Shown here: piece by piece, positions 41,174-54,249 of the stretch | How the letters are laid out: each line of letters begins with the position of its first letter | How positions within the stretch are numbered: the first letter of the stretch is position 1 | From: Chromera velia | Taxonomy: Eukaryota | Length of the DNA stretch: 56,768 nt | Reading direction: 5' to 3' | NCBI GenBank assembly: GCA_018398765.1 | Contig: JAHBMJ010000133.1 | Location: 1 to 56,768 of the forward strand | Made by a program: the position numbers and the translations under genes | The notes under the pieces: model-generated | Databases searched by the model: none | Seen by the model: the letters and a program-made list of their open reading frames with translations, nothing else | What the model was told of the DNA's origin: nothing

Positions 41174-44100
41174 ATGTCTGCTTTGGAAGCTCTCGGTTCT
41201 CCTCCTTCCCACGTTGATATCAATCCGACCTCGCCGCGCACCGCTCCACTGAGTGAAAAGTGCAAGGAAGGCTTCCGTCTCTGCATCAATCTACTCGATC
41301 CATGCACGCAGGGCATGATTGACACCATGATGAAGCTCTTGGGACCGATTCTGGTCAGCACGGGGGGAACAGCCTTCTGGCCCCCCCTTTTGCTTTCCAC
41401 CGATCTCTTTCCGAATCGGTCTCTTGTCCTTATCCAAACCACTTTCCACAGCCCTCCAAGACCGCCCGCTTGATACCCTTTCGTCGGTCTGTTTGTTCTT
41501 TCTTCCGTGCAAGATTCGGTGGCGGGGGGCAGAGCGAGTGAGATGCCGCCTGTCTGCGTACCTGCTTGGTTGGATGAAGTGTGGGTGTGTCGTCTAGCTG
41601 TTTGTTAAGGCAGGAAGGGCAGACTCCTGGCAAGCAGGGGAAGCGAAGGAAAGGAGTTCGAGAGTGGCCATTTCGGTTTGTGCATGTGTGAGAGCGTGCA
41701 ATCATTTTTTTGTCAGCCTTGCATGAGAATCCCTTCATGGATCACGCAGGTGGTTCTGGCTTTTGTGTTGTACACGCTGATTACGTACGCGTACTTCGTC
41801 TGTGTGCTCCCAACGTGGACTTTCGCGTGGCCTCTGAAGGCGCTGGTGACGTCCTTCGGTCTCTTTGGCCTGTTCAACGTGGTCTACAACTACGTAATGT
41901 GCATTCTAACTGGTAGGCAGACAGACAGACAGGTGTACAGGGCAGTTGATGTATGAATACAAGCTTCATGTCTGCATGAGGGTAGGTATGACAAAACTGT
42001 GCTGAATGTGAAAGCACCGTTCTTGAGTCTGTATTGTGTTTCCTGCCCTCTCTTTTTATTTCCTTTTTGGATTGGTCTCTTGACTGATTTTTCGTTCTTG
42101 TGTATCGTTTTGCTGTCTTTCGAGTGGCTTTTCTTCCCTTTATTTTCCTCTCTCCGCCGCAGAAATCCCCGAATCAATCGTGGATGCATGTGTGGAGAAT
42201 GAATGAATGAATGCAGACGCTGGAGAGGCGCCTCCTTTGGACGAGGAGGACGGAGGAGCAGAAATGGACCTCGAACGTTCTGCGTCTCCGTCTGTGCACG
42301 GGGGGCAGAGGGGAGGGGAGGGCAGTCCCGTCGGGAGACCGTACAATTCGTCCTCTGGTGCTGGCTCTGTGAAGGGAAGCGCGGCTGGCGGAGAGATGGA
42401 GGAGGACCTTGAAGCGGGCGGACTGCTGTCTGCTGGGTCTGCGTCTGGGGGAGAAGGGGGGGGGAATGGGGAGGCTTCGTCGTCCTCCTGTAATGGAGTT
42501 GGGGGGAAAGGGGAAGAGGACGCGATGAGATCTGGGCTGAGTTCGTGTAGCACTAGCACTGGGGTTGTTGAGGGGGGAGTGGGAGTTCCTAGAGGGAGAG
42601 AGAGAGCGAGAGAAAGGGAAAGGGAGAGAGATCGGGCAGGGGGAGACAGGTGGGCAATTGGAGGAGAAAATGATGACCTCACCTGGAGAACTTGCCGAAT
42701 TTGTCAGTCAGTCAGTTTTATGTTTCTGTCTGTTCTTTTATTTGTTGTCCTTCGTTTCCTGTTTTCTTCCTTCCTGCCTGATTTTCTCTCTGTCTATTTT
42801 TTCTTACATCCTTTCCGTTTGCTCTTTCGCCGTGCTTTCTCGTTGCTCTGTCCACAAGAATTTTTGTTTGTTGGAAGGGGACCTGCATTTTGTCGAAGTG
42901 ACGGGCCAGCCCCCGACTGACTCATGTTTCGTTGTGTTGAATAAAAATGGACAAACAAACAAATCAGGTCGAACATGGAAGCCTCCACGGACACATCACT
43001 GCTCTATTTGTAACAGGTCGGTCGTGCTCTTTTTTGTCATGCGCATCGGTGGGAGGTTGGTTGGGCTGGATGCAGCTGGGGGCGAGAAGGGTCGCCATTT
43101 TTGGCCTGTAGTGTTGCAATCAGGACACCGGTTAAAAAGAGCAGGGACAAGACTGCGGCGAGGAGGAGCAGGATCCTTTTAAGAGAATAAGCAGATTTAT
43201 TGAGGGGCGGTTTTAACGTCATAGAGAGCTTTCCGTTTGCTTATCGGTTTGTGCGGCCGCCTGTAGGCCTGCCACTCTGTGTGTCTGTTTTTCCCGTCCG
43301 AGAGAGAGTGTGGCTGAAGAAACGGAAACGAACCAGAGAGTGAACCATCTGGCAAGACATCTGTCCGTATGGATGCATGCATACATGGGTTGAATTAATT
43401 CTGCAGATGCGTTTTGAAGATGGACCACCACTGTCCGTGGGTGAATCGTTGCGTTGGATGGAACAACTATCGGTCGGTGGAGTGGGGTTTTTCTGGGTGT
43501 GTCGGGTTGATAATTTCCTTGGGGTGGTTGCACCCAGAGCTCGCCTCCCTCAATTCCGTCCCTCTTTCCTTCCTTCCTTCCTTCCTTCCTTCCTTCCGAG
43601 TTTCTTCCTTCCTTCCTTCCTTCCTTCCGAGTTTCTTCCGCTGGTTGATGTTTATCTACAGGTTCTAGTGGTCGACGGTTATTCTGTGAACTGACTGGAG
43701 TCTTTCGGTCCTCTTTTTTTTTTTCAGTGTGATGTTCCCTTGATGGGCCCGTGTGGGCTCTCTCTCGCGCACTTGTTGAATAGGTTGACCGCAAGTCCGG
43801 GGGACCGGGGGGAGGGGGTTGACCGCAACGGAAAAAGGAAAAAGGTCGAGACAGAGATGCAAAGAATGAGGCGGTTGGGGGTGCTGAGTATCGAAGGAAT
43901 GCTTTCTGCTTGAATTCAACATGCGGTAGCAGTCTGCTTCTCATGAAGGCGTGCGACCCTGTGTGGGCTTTCTTTGTGTGCACGCCTGCATGCAGGTACT
44001 TTTGTCTCTACTTGATAATTAATTTACTTCTATTACTTCTATTGATAAATAATTAAATTAATTGTTTGCACGTCTGCATGCAGGTACTTTTGTCTCTACT

Positions 44101-45998
44101 TGATGTGGCTATCTCTCTGTTGCGTTTTCGTGCTCATCACCTTCTTCCAATCGTTTTGGCATGACATCGTCAAAATGGTCAGTTGGTCTGTCCCCAAGGG
44201 GAAAGGGAAAGGGAAGGGGGGGTGGCGATATAACAGAAAGACAAAATATTTCAATATCGCAAACGGGATAAGAAAAACGAGAAAGGCACCACTACAGAAG
44301 CACTCTTCCTGCAAAAGAAAAAGGAGAAGACAGCCGACCCAAGACTCTCTCTCGTTGGTTGGTTCCTCCTCTCGTTGGTTTCGCAGTTGAGAAAAGCGGG
44401 GGTTCTTTGTTTCAAGAACTGATCTGTCATGCGGCGAATCTTGTCGGTCTTCTTTCGACTGTGCAGGACGCTAGGCATCCGACGCGGAACTTCAAAAACA
44501 GGCAGTACATTGGTTTGTCCTGGATCCTCTGCGTGGCCATTTTGTTGAGCATGGGGATCCTTGGGGGGTTCCACTTCTACCTCGTGTTGACGAACCAGAC
44601 GACTATTGAATTTCAGGTCCGTCTGTTGGTATGTCGGTTTGTTGGTCTGTGGGTCTGTAGGTCTGTTGGTCGGCCCATCGGTCGGTTGCACCAATTCACA
44701 GAGATAAGGAAGAAAATTTTCCTCGGCGAGCTATGGAGAAAAAATACCACGAGAAACGATCACCTGCACATTGCTCTTCGAAGCATTGCACGCGCAGCCA
44801 GTCTATCTCTGTGTTCTCACAACGCGTTGAACAGAGCTTCTGAGTCCTCGTGCTTGTGCCACTCCTCCTTCTTTTCTATTTCGCTCTCACTACAGCTCAA
44901 TTTTGCGCAAGTTCTCGCAAGATTGAAAGAAAGGAGAAATGAGAAAGAAGGGAAGGAGAGAGAATAAGGGCCGACTGGTCTCTTCTTTCTTTGACTCTTT
45001 TGCGCTGCATTTAATCACTCGCATGTGTGTGTGACAAACAACATGATCGCAGGGTAACATCACGAAGTCTGCAATCTACAGGGCACAAGGAGTGGTCAGT
45101 CAGTCAGGCCTTGGTTCCTTTCTTCTGCTTTTTTTTTTTCAGCCTGTTGTCTTCATTGCTTGCAGACGTGGTGCGTCTGCTTGCGTGTCTCTGTTTTTCC
45201 TCGCCTTGCTTCGCATTATCCCTTTGAATCGTCCATATGCGCCTCTCTGTTGCTTTCAGAGGGAGAATAAATGTGATTTGTGACTGCCTGAGTGAGTGGG
45301 TGTGTGCAGATCCGAAGAAATCCGTTTGATTTGGGGAGAACCCGAAATTTTCAGAGCGTTTTCGGGAAGTCGGCGTCAGTCTTTCTTTCCTTTTTTTTCT
45401 TTGTTCTTTCTTGCTCCAACATCTCTCGATTCCTTTCCTCTGTGTCGCTCTCTTCTCCCTTCCCTTTTTCCTTAGCGACTTCGTCCCGTTCCCTTTCCTT
45501 TTCCTGCTTCCCTGCCTGCCTGCCTGTACCTTCCAAGCTTCAATTTTCGTATTATTTTGTCCGTGCGTAAAGCTGCGCATGTGAGATGTTGTCCGTAAAG
45601 CACAACGGGCTCTGCTCTCAGGACTTTTCCCGCCCCTGAAATGAAAGCGCAGGGCAAATTCCCCAGTGATCTTGGGTAATTGAAATGCACTCCTCAATGT
45701 TCTTTCCACCCTCCCTCTCTGATCCCGTGCGTGCTTTTATGGATGCATGCATGCGTGCAGCTTGTGGTTCCTGCCCTGGCTCTCATTTGTACAAGGACCT
45801 ACTGGTGAGTCCTTCTTTCATGTGGTTGTCACTCCTCATCTCTCTTGCCTTAGCACGTTGATCCAAATTTCTCTCTCTACGCTGTCCTTCCCTCTTTTCC
45901 TTTCTTTTTGGCACACAGCCCCTTTCCTCAGCAATCTGACTGTTGCGGTTCCGGATGAAGCACTGGCGGTAGAGTATACTGTCCAGGAACCGGCGTGA
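41174..45998 (+). CDS. DHHC-type palmitoyltransferase (ZDHHC16-like), multi-exon
   Basis: Exons encode TM segments, [60 protein letters not shown] and [16 protein letters not shown]. Stop at 45998. Small 3' exons uncertain. Confidence 0.92.
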
Positions 45999-46937
45999 AG
46001 GCGACACAAGTCCATGAGAATTATTCTGACGGTCGAATGGGCACATTAATTCCTGGGTTTGTCTGCAGGTTCAGGAACATCCTTTCAGACACTCGGTGGG
46101 GTGATCTGATCGTCTGACAGAGTTTGGGTTGAATTCACTCCTACATGCAGGAATTATGAAAAAAGGATCTGATCACATCAGGCTCGCCATCAACCTATAG
46201 CCTTTCCATGCCTTTCCCCAATTCAAGCCACTCGACTATCCTATCCTATATCCTATCACACAGGCGTTGCCTCGTTGGTGAGCCGCCAGATGTCAGAAGT
46301 GCTCAGAACTGTGCTCCAAATTGGATGCTAGATTGGATGTGATTAATTATGCAAAGTTTACATTGTAATTTAACACGAAACATTAATCCTCTAGTTAATC
46401 CTAATCTTAGTTACAGAAACTATACTAGTACATAATAAAAAAAATAATATATAGTGTGAATAACAATGAGAATTTCCAGAATCTTTAATTTAAGTAATAT
46501 AAGTGATAAATGTAAGTGATGTGAGCAATACGGTCAAGACGTCTTAGGAGCCTAGTGTAAGTCACATTAATTTGTGACAAAATAATATTTTGATTTTTTG
46601 AACTTTTTATTGATTCAATTTATTCATCCACTGTTCCATTGCAGTATGCCCCAGTAATCTTTCTTTCATTTTTAGTTGAAAAACGTTCACGATCACAAAA
46701 GGGAATTTAAGGGATTTAAAGGATGAAGGAGGACAAATAATCCTAATCGATCCAAAAAGAAGTTTGGAGATCCATTTTTTAGACCGTGTATAAGAATGCT
46801 AAGCTATGCTACCACAGCTTCAATCTAGGTTTCAATCCTAGTTTCAATCAAGCAAGGCCTAGAGCAAGGCTTAGTTGCCCCAGAAAGCCATTCAGATAAA
46901 AAAAATGATGTTGCGTACGCTTTTTCTTCAATTGTAA

Positions 46938-47130
46938 TTTGTAAACCGTTTGCGGCACAGGCTAGGTTGACCTGTGCGCGCCGGGCCGGCAGGGACGTCT
47001 ACAAATGCCAGGGGGCCCGGCGGGGGGATACTAATGCATTTAGGCGCTTTCGATCCTTGGAAGCTGCACATCGGACATGTGGCATTGGGGTGGGAAGCCA
47101 ATCCTCCGGACATAAATCCTAATCCTAATC
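46938..47130 (-). repeat. Diverged dispersed repeat, copy 2, inside an AT-rich island
   Basis: Reverse complement aligns to 27350-27512. Confidence 0.75.
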
Positions 47131-47547
47131 GACCTTTCCGAGTCAATAAGTAGTATACTAGGTAACACTTCATCTAGCACTTCATATTTATCCTATACAG
47201 TTTCTATTTTTACTAATATCTTTTTAAAATATATATAAAGAAAAAAATATAAAGAAAGGAACATGTACGCAGAAGAGAGGTAAAGCTAACCAGAGGAGTT
47301 GCACTGGGAGTTACAAAAAAATACAAAAAAGAAAAAGGTGCTAGAAAAGTATAGAAAGGGAAAGAGACGAAAGAGCTCGGGAAAGAAAAGAAAAATTGAA
47401 AAAAAAAGAGAAAAAAAGAGAAAAAAGAGAGACAGACAGTGAGAGAGAACTGAGTCAGGGCCGACGTTTGCATGGGCGAATTTAAGAAAACAAACAGGTC
47501 CATCACATGCATGCACTGTTTTTGCATTCATAGATTCAGTGTATTCT

Positions 47548-47992
47548 TCAAGCTGCAGACTCTGGAGGCATGCAGAGGGTCTCTTCAGGGTCCCAGTCTG
47601 TGCTCTCGTTCATCGGGAGAGACGGGGGACAGCACGCGTCCTCTGACGCATCGGCCCCATCGATGCTGCAGGCGATCTCGAGGCAGTCCTTCCAGCAGTC
47701 TCCGACAAGGAAGAAATGATCTGCACATGCATACATACATATCGATACATACATACATACATATCGATACATACATACACACATCATCATCTAGTGCATT
47801 CAACTGAGGATCAACAGAAACAAAGTAGGATGGCAAATGAGGAGACCTGAATGAGAGAAGCGGCCGACTGATGGTGCGCCCTAGTCTCTCTGCCCATCAG
47901 ACAGACACGTCACTTTAGACAGACAGACTATATCGTCTTTTCTTTCCCTTTTTCTTCTTCTTCATTCTCTTCTGTTTCTTTGTTTCTTCTTT

Positions 47993-48031
<39 letters not shown>

Positions 48032-49038
48032 AAGACTGTGTGTTTCTTCTCCCTCCTTTTTTCCTTCTCCTAAATCATCTTTTCCTTCTTTTTTCTCTTC
48101 CTTTCTTTCAGGCAGACTATATGTTTCTTCTTCTCCCTTCTTTTCTTTCAGACAAACAGACAGACAGACAGACTATAGGTTTCTTCTTCTTTCTCCTTTT
48201 CTTCATGTGCACGACAAACAGACAGACTATATCGTCTTTCCTTCACTTCACTTTTTCCCGACAAACAGACAGACAGACAGACAGACAGAAAGAGCAACTG
48301 TCTGTTCACACATCAACAGGCTGACAGAAAGGCAAATACGCAGGCAGAGGCAGAGACCGGCAGAAAGACAGACAGACGTGCTCCAGCCGAAGGCTCAACA
48401 GGACAACGATCCTAACCCACTCATTCACAAAAAAAGGAGGAGAACAGCACTCAAGACACCAGGCTTGTGCATCTCTCCGAGCAAAAACAAAGTCTATTCT
48501 GTCAGGATGCGTGCCTTCAATAGGTGATGGATACACACATGAAGAGTCTTACCCGTGTCTTCATCTATTGCCACACACTTCCTCTTCTCGAGAATCCCAA
48601 ACGCTGCCTTCAGATTCCGTTCCGTCGCCGCCGCCAGAGGGTCTGCCAACACGTCGCAAATGTGGTAGGGAGACAAACCTCCAAACTGCATGCGAAACGA
48701 GACGCACCTCCATCCGGACACGAAAAGATGGAGTGAAGAGGGGAAGTGTGCGTTGTTGTCGTGGTCAGTGTCTTCTCCCGCTCTCTTTTGATTCCTCCCG
48801 ACACCTTAGGTGTTCTCACCCTTGTCTTCCATACGCTTATTGCATCCTTCAACTGATAGCAAGAGGAAGAGGAGAGACGTACGCAGTCTATCTGTTCCCC
48901 TTTGTGTACGTCAGTCTTTCCCCCTGTTTTTTCCCTGGTTTCTCTCTTTGGTCTCCAGTTCGAGTCACGCATTCATATATCCGTCTTCGTACTCAGTTCC
49001 CTTCAATTTCTCTACCGTGTCCAAGAAAAGGCCCCTAG

Positions 49039-49090
<52 letters not shown>

Positions 49091-51058
49091 TGTGTGTGTA
49101 TTTGTGTGTGTCCCCACTGACCTTGTCGCGTCCAACCTTCAACCTCTGAGACTCCCACTCTTCGCAGCTCGGGGTCCTCGAACGCGACATGCAGGAGCCT
49201 GCAGGAGAGGGAAGAGCGAGTGAGTGAGTGAGTGAGTGAGTAAGTAAGTGAGTGATTGGCGTGAAAGATCAATACTGTCACTCTGAAGACACGAACAGAG
49301 AGAGACCCGAAAAACCGCGGACAGGTGAAGCTCCGGTCTGACTGACACCGAAACAAGCATCCATTCAGATGCTCGAAAATGAAATGCCGCAGGAGGACTC
49401 GGAAAGTTCTTCTATCACTCGAAACAGACACACAACCCTTCGCGGCAGCCTGCCTCCCTTCCCCAGAGCCTAACCGCGATTTCTCTGAACCTCCTAGCTA
49501 TCTGACCTGACCTTTATCTCTGTACGCGTCTGTCCACAGACCCCTGTAGCCCCCCGAGTCCCCCACAACCCCCTCGTCTCCCCTCACTTTGTCCCAGCCC
49601 TCGTAAGGATTCCTCCACTCAGTGCCAAAACACCTGCACACGAGAATACACTCCCTCTGTGAATATTATCTCTCCCATAGTGAATATTATCTCTCGATTG
49701 TCAGAAAGTCAGGCAGACAGAGAGTAGATTGCCTCAGGTTAGGGACACACAGAAAAGAAAAGACACGAAGAGATCTTCGACAGATCCAGCGAGAAAGAAA
49801 CGCAAAAAGAGTGAGCGAAAGTTATGGTAACAATCGTTTCCTCATGTTTTCTTTTCATTCTTCTTTCATCCGTCGCCTCCTCCCTTCATGAGGTGCTCGC
49901 TGCAGAACAGTCCGTCTTTTTCGTCTCACAACCCAGAAAGACCACCCATAGCAGGGAAGAGAAGGGGCGTCGTTCTCTTCAGAGAGGACTGACCAAATGC
50001 AACGTTCCGACGCTGCAGAAAGAGGGAGGGGGGGCGAAGGACAAAGACGGGGAATATGTTGCAGCTCTCTTGTGGATGCATGCGCTGAGATCGATGTTTA
50101 CTCAAATTCTTTTTGTTGCAAGGCGCAGAATGGAGGAGGGCACAAAAAGGCTGCTCGATCCACTCACCATTGCACTCAGCCTTGTCGGTAATTCCTCGGC
50201 AGTCGCCAAAGAAACTCAGCAGCTGCAGGCAAGCACAGGGAAGTTAGGGCATGTTCTTCGCTTGATCTTTCTCCCCACACAGATAACACACAGACAGGCA
50301 GGCAGGCAAGCAAGCAAGCAAGCAAGCAAGCACGTAAGCCAGCCGGCAGGCTAAAACGCCGGCATACCAAACGACAAACATGCAAGACTTCGCAAGTATG
50401 ACCCTAAAAAAAAAAATCCCCCAGGTCTCACCCGGCTGACAATTCAACCGACCAGACCAAATCAGTGTCACAAAGGCGAGATGGGGGAGTGGGGAGGAAT
50501 GGCAACGGAGAGCAGAGGGGGGAGGAACCAGGACAGAAATGGAAGAGTGTTGACTGAGGGATGGGGTAGGGGGGGGGGGAGCCCAGAGGAGGCTATGGAC
50601 GAGATTTGAGCGCATGGAGGGGACAGGCGAAGTTTCGGGTGCAGAAGTGTCAAAAAAATGGTGCGACAGAGAGGGACTGACGCGGCTGAATCGAGAGCCT
50701 TGACAGGAAACATAAAACGTCGTTGGCAACACGCAAAGCAGACACAGAACTCTCATGACGACTCCTTCTCAAGCCTCGTGTCTGAAACAGATAAACCTGG
50801 AGCTGGTGCAATGATACAAAACTATCTACTCTGTTCCCGAGTAAGTCCGCAAGTCAGACAGCTGCGAGAACGAGGAATTGAGGTGAGAGAAGAAAGTAGA
50901 CGAGACGCCGCTCCGGTATGTAATCTGTTGTCTGACGGGGACGGATGGATTACTTTCAACTGATAACACCTGCAGAGTTCGAGATTACAACTGCCTTCCC
51001 ACAGAACACACGGATCAGCATCTGGCCGCCCGGCGCCCCCTTCGTTCTGGAATCTCAT
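47548..51058 (-). CDS. Hypothetical multi-exon protein; C-terminal part weakly winged-helix-like; 5' structure uncertain
   Basis: Exon-like blocks with splice signals. 48685-48553 (FGGLSPYHICDVL...LKAAFGILEKRKCVAIDEDT) joins in phase to 47720-47548 (DHFFLV...*). Further exon-like blocks at about 48.8, 49.15, 49.55, 50.2 and 51.0 kb. Confidence 0.35.
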
Positions 51059-51343
51059 GGAGTTTTATGAGTCGGAATTGACGGCCGGAATGACTGCGTC
51101 TCGCAGTGTCTCTGTCTGTCACGCGCGCAACACCTTGACAACATGCGGAGGCGCCTGCATTAATTGGCGACGCCCAAACTGCGGCGGCGCGCGCACGAAT
51201 TTCGATGGCAGCTCAGCAAATGTCGTGCGTGCGTGTGTCACAAGTCTCCGACGCACGAAGTGGAGCTTGAGAAACCGTGCGATCCAGAATGACCTTTTTC
51301 AGGCGGGCCTTCCTGCCTGCAAAGTGTGTCTCTGTCCGTCAGG

Positions 51344-52376
51344 ATGGTCATTAAGACTGAGCTTTGTGCCTATACAGAGGGCAGGATTTATCCTGGCCGC
51401 GGCATGCGTTATGTCGCCCGTGACGGAAAGGTCCATATCTTCGGGTCTGCCAAGGCTCGCAGACTTCACAACCAGCGCATCAAGCCCGTGAAGCTCCGAT
51501 GGACCCAGGCCTGGAGGCGTCACAACAAGAAGGGAAAGGTCAGCAGAAAGTCGAGTGGTACCGTGCTAAGGGGTCAGGAGGTCGAAAGGCCTGTCTTCCA
51601 CTTCCCCCCTCTTCACCTTGTCTTCTCTCCCCTTTTTCTGCCTCACTTCAGGTCGAGGAGTCTGCCAAGAAGAGAGCTAGGAGAACCTTCAAGGTCCAGA
51701 AGGCCATCGTGGGTCTCTCTCTCGAGGACTTCCAGAGAAAGAAGGCCAGACGCCCTGAGCTTCGTGCGGTAAGTGCAAACCTCCCTCCTCATTTCCTTCA
51801 GAGCTGGTACTTTCTTTGTACTTCAAAGTAATTTGGAGGGATTGGGTCCTACAAGCGCACATTGTCTGTCTGAAATGATGACCATGCTTTTCGGCATTGG
51901 GCTCTGACTGTCAAGTGAATGAGCACTTTATTGAAATCACCATCTTTCGGCTGATCAGACAGCAAAAATCAGATGGGAGAAGCATTCGCTTTCTCGTCTC
52001 CTTACGTGCTTCCTTCCTTCCCTCCCTCTCTCTTTCCCGGTTCATCACTGTCCTTCGTGCCCTCGTCTCCATTCAATTCCTCAGAACTCTCCCAGATTTC
52101 GGTTCCCTCCATTCAACGTGCCGGCTCTCTCTGCCCACCCTCTCTTTGACACACACCTTAATCCCATTCTCCGCTTCCTGCGTATGTGTCCCTTTTCTTT
52201 CCCTCCCCTGTCAGGCCGCCAAGGAGGCCGCTACCAAGGAGGCCAAGGTCAAGGCCGAGAAGAAGGCTGCCCAGGCGGCCAAGGCCAAGGCCGCCATGAA
52301 GAGTACCGGACCCGCACAGAAGCAGCAGTTCTCCAAGCAGGCCAAGCCCGCAGGAAAGGGCGGTGGCAAGCGCTAA
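51344..52376 (+). CDS. RPL24: 60S ribosomal protein L24 (eL24). Exons 51344-51538, 51652-51768, 52215-52376; 157 aa
   Basis: MVIKTELCAYTEGRIYPGRGMRYVARDGKV...LRWTQAWRRHNKKGK, KAIVGLSLE and an Ala/Lys-rich tail. Two phase-0 GT-AG introns. Confidence 0.96.
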
Positions 52377-53029
52377 GCGGTGCAGACCACCCACTCAAGA
52401 GCGAGGGGGTGTGCATTCGGTTCCTTGTACCTTTTGTCATCAAATCACAAGCGGAACGTGTGTGCAGATACTCCCTACCCTACCCGGACCTGACCTGACG
52501 AGAACAGAGCGGATCCTTCCCCCAGCACGATGCAGACGAAAAAGAAGAGGGGGAGGAGAACTGAGAGAGAGAGTGAATATGGAGAGCACAAATGAGGGAT
52601 TCTGAACACTTCTTGAAAACAATTTCGTACAGATGGACTTGTGAACCGCCTGTCTGTCTGGAGGATGACCTTCAGGGGTTCCGAACCTTGAGTGTGTGCT
52701 TTCTCTCTCATCCAGCTGGAAGGTTTTTCTGGTTTCTAGTCTCTCTCTCTGGCCCCTAATCTTGCGGGTGTTTGTGTGCGCGCGCGTGCGAGTGTGTTGG
52801 TGTCTGTGTTTGTGACTGTGTGCGTCTGTCTGTCTGTCTCTCTCTCTCTCTGTCTGTGTGTCTGCGCGCGCGCGTGCGAGAGTGTTTGTGTGTGTGTATG
52901 TCTGTGTATGTCTTTGTCTGTGTCCCTGTCTGTTTGTCTCTCTGTCTGTTCTTTCTTTCTTTTTGTCTGTTGTGTTCATGAAGAAAAGGAGTCTCTGTCT
53001 CTCTCTGTCTCTCTCTGTCTCTCTCTGTC

Positions 53030-53078
<49 letters not shown>

Positions 53079-53117
<39 letters not shown>

Positions 53118-54206
53118 CTCTCTTTCTCTCTCTGTGTGTGTGAGTGTAAGTGTAAGTGTAAATGTGTGTGTAACTGTGTGTGTGTGTGTGCGTGCGAGTG
53201 TGTGTGACTCTTCTTCTGCCTCTCCCGGCTGTCTTGTCGCGCTGTCCATCTTTGAAAAGAAAGAAAAAGATGTAGAAAAAACAGTTGCGTAGTCTGTCAG
53301 CCCGTCTACACGTGGGTCTATCTGTCGTGAACATGCAAGAGGGATGTGTAAGTTAGTCTTGCTTGCTCGTTTTCTTGCTGCTTTCTCGTCGCTTTCGCTC
53401 TTCCGTTTTGTTGTTGCTCTCGTTCTTTATGGCTTTTCTTCTGCTATTTTCTTTCCTTCTCCTTTGCTTCCTTTTTTTCTTTTCTTTGATGCTGTCTTGC
53501 TCTCTTTCCCCCCTTTTCCCCCGCCTCGTCCTCCATTTACTGTCATTCCTTCCATGGGTCTGTGCACTTGTCTAGGCACTTGTCTTACTCAGACTTGCTG
53601 GCTCTTCTTTTTCTCCGCGTCTGCCTTACTTGGTGTCTTTTTGTTTTGCTGTTTCTGTGTTCGTGTCCGTAGGCCCCTGGCTGTGTGTACTTTTTTGTAC
53701 ATTTGTTTTTGTTTGTGATCCACGTCGGTGTTCTTGATTCTCGACCTTTGCGCATGTAAGTCAGACTAGAAGTCAGATCTGTTACAGTACGTGTACTACG
53801 TGACGTGGGCTCTATGTGTCTGCGTCATGCAGTCTGGCTAGCAGTCTGGCTGCCGTCGACTGCCGAAGCCTTACCATCTTTGTTTCCTGTAGGTCTAGGC
53901 CGTCCACTGTAACATTGAAGACAAAAAAAAAGAGATCATTTTTTTTTTACTATTATTTTAAATATATACATCGCTGGTTATTTTTATTTTCTTTTTCTAG
54001 TTCTTTTTGTTTTCACGCATGTATATCTAGTTTCATGCGATAAATTTATTATTCTATACATTGTTTTTACAATCTTTTTTTGTATCTCCACCTGTCTCCA
54101 CTCATCATTATCATACGCCATCAGCTTATAAATAGGCGTCTAGCGTTCGGTGGCAATGCACACACGTGGCAGTTCGGTTTTTTACAACAGCAGTTCATTT
54201 TGATTN

Positions 54207-54249
<43 letters not shown>

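Noticed and set aside
46385..47130. aatcct repeats as telomere-like sequence
   Set aside because: Only 2-3 units, not an array
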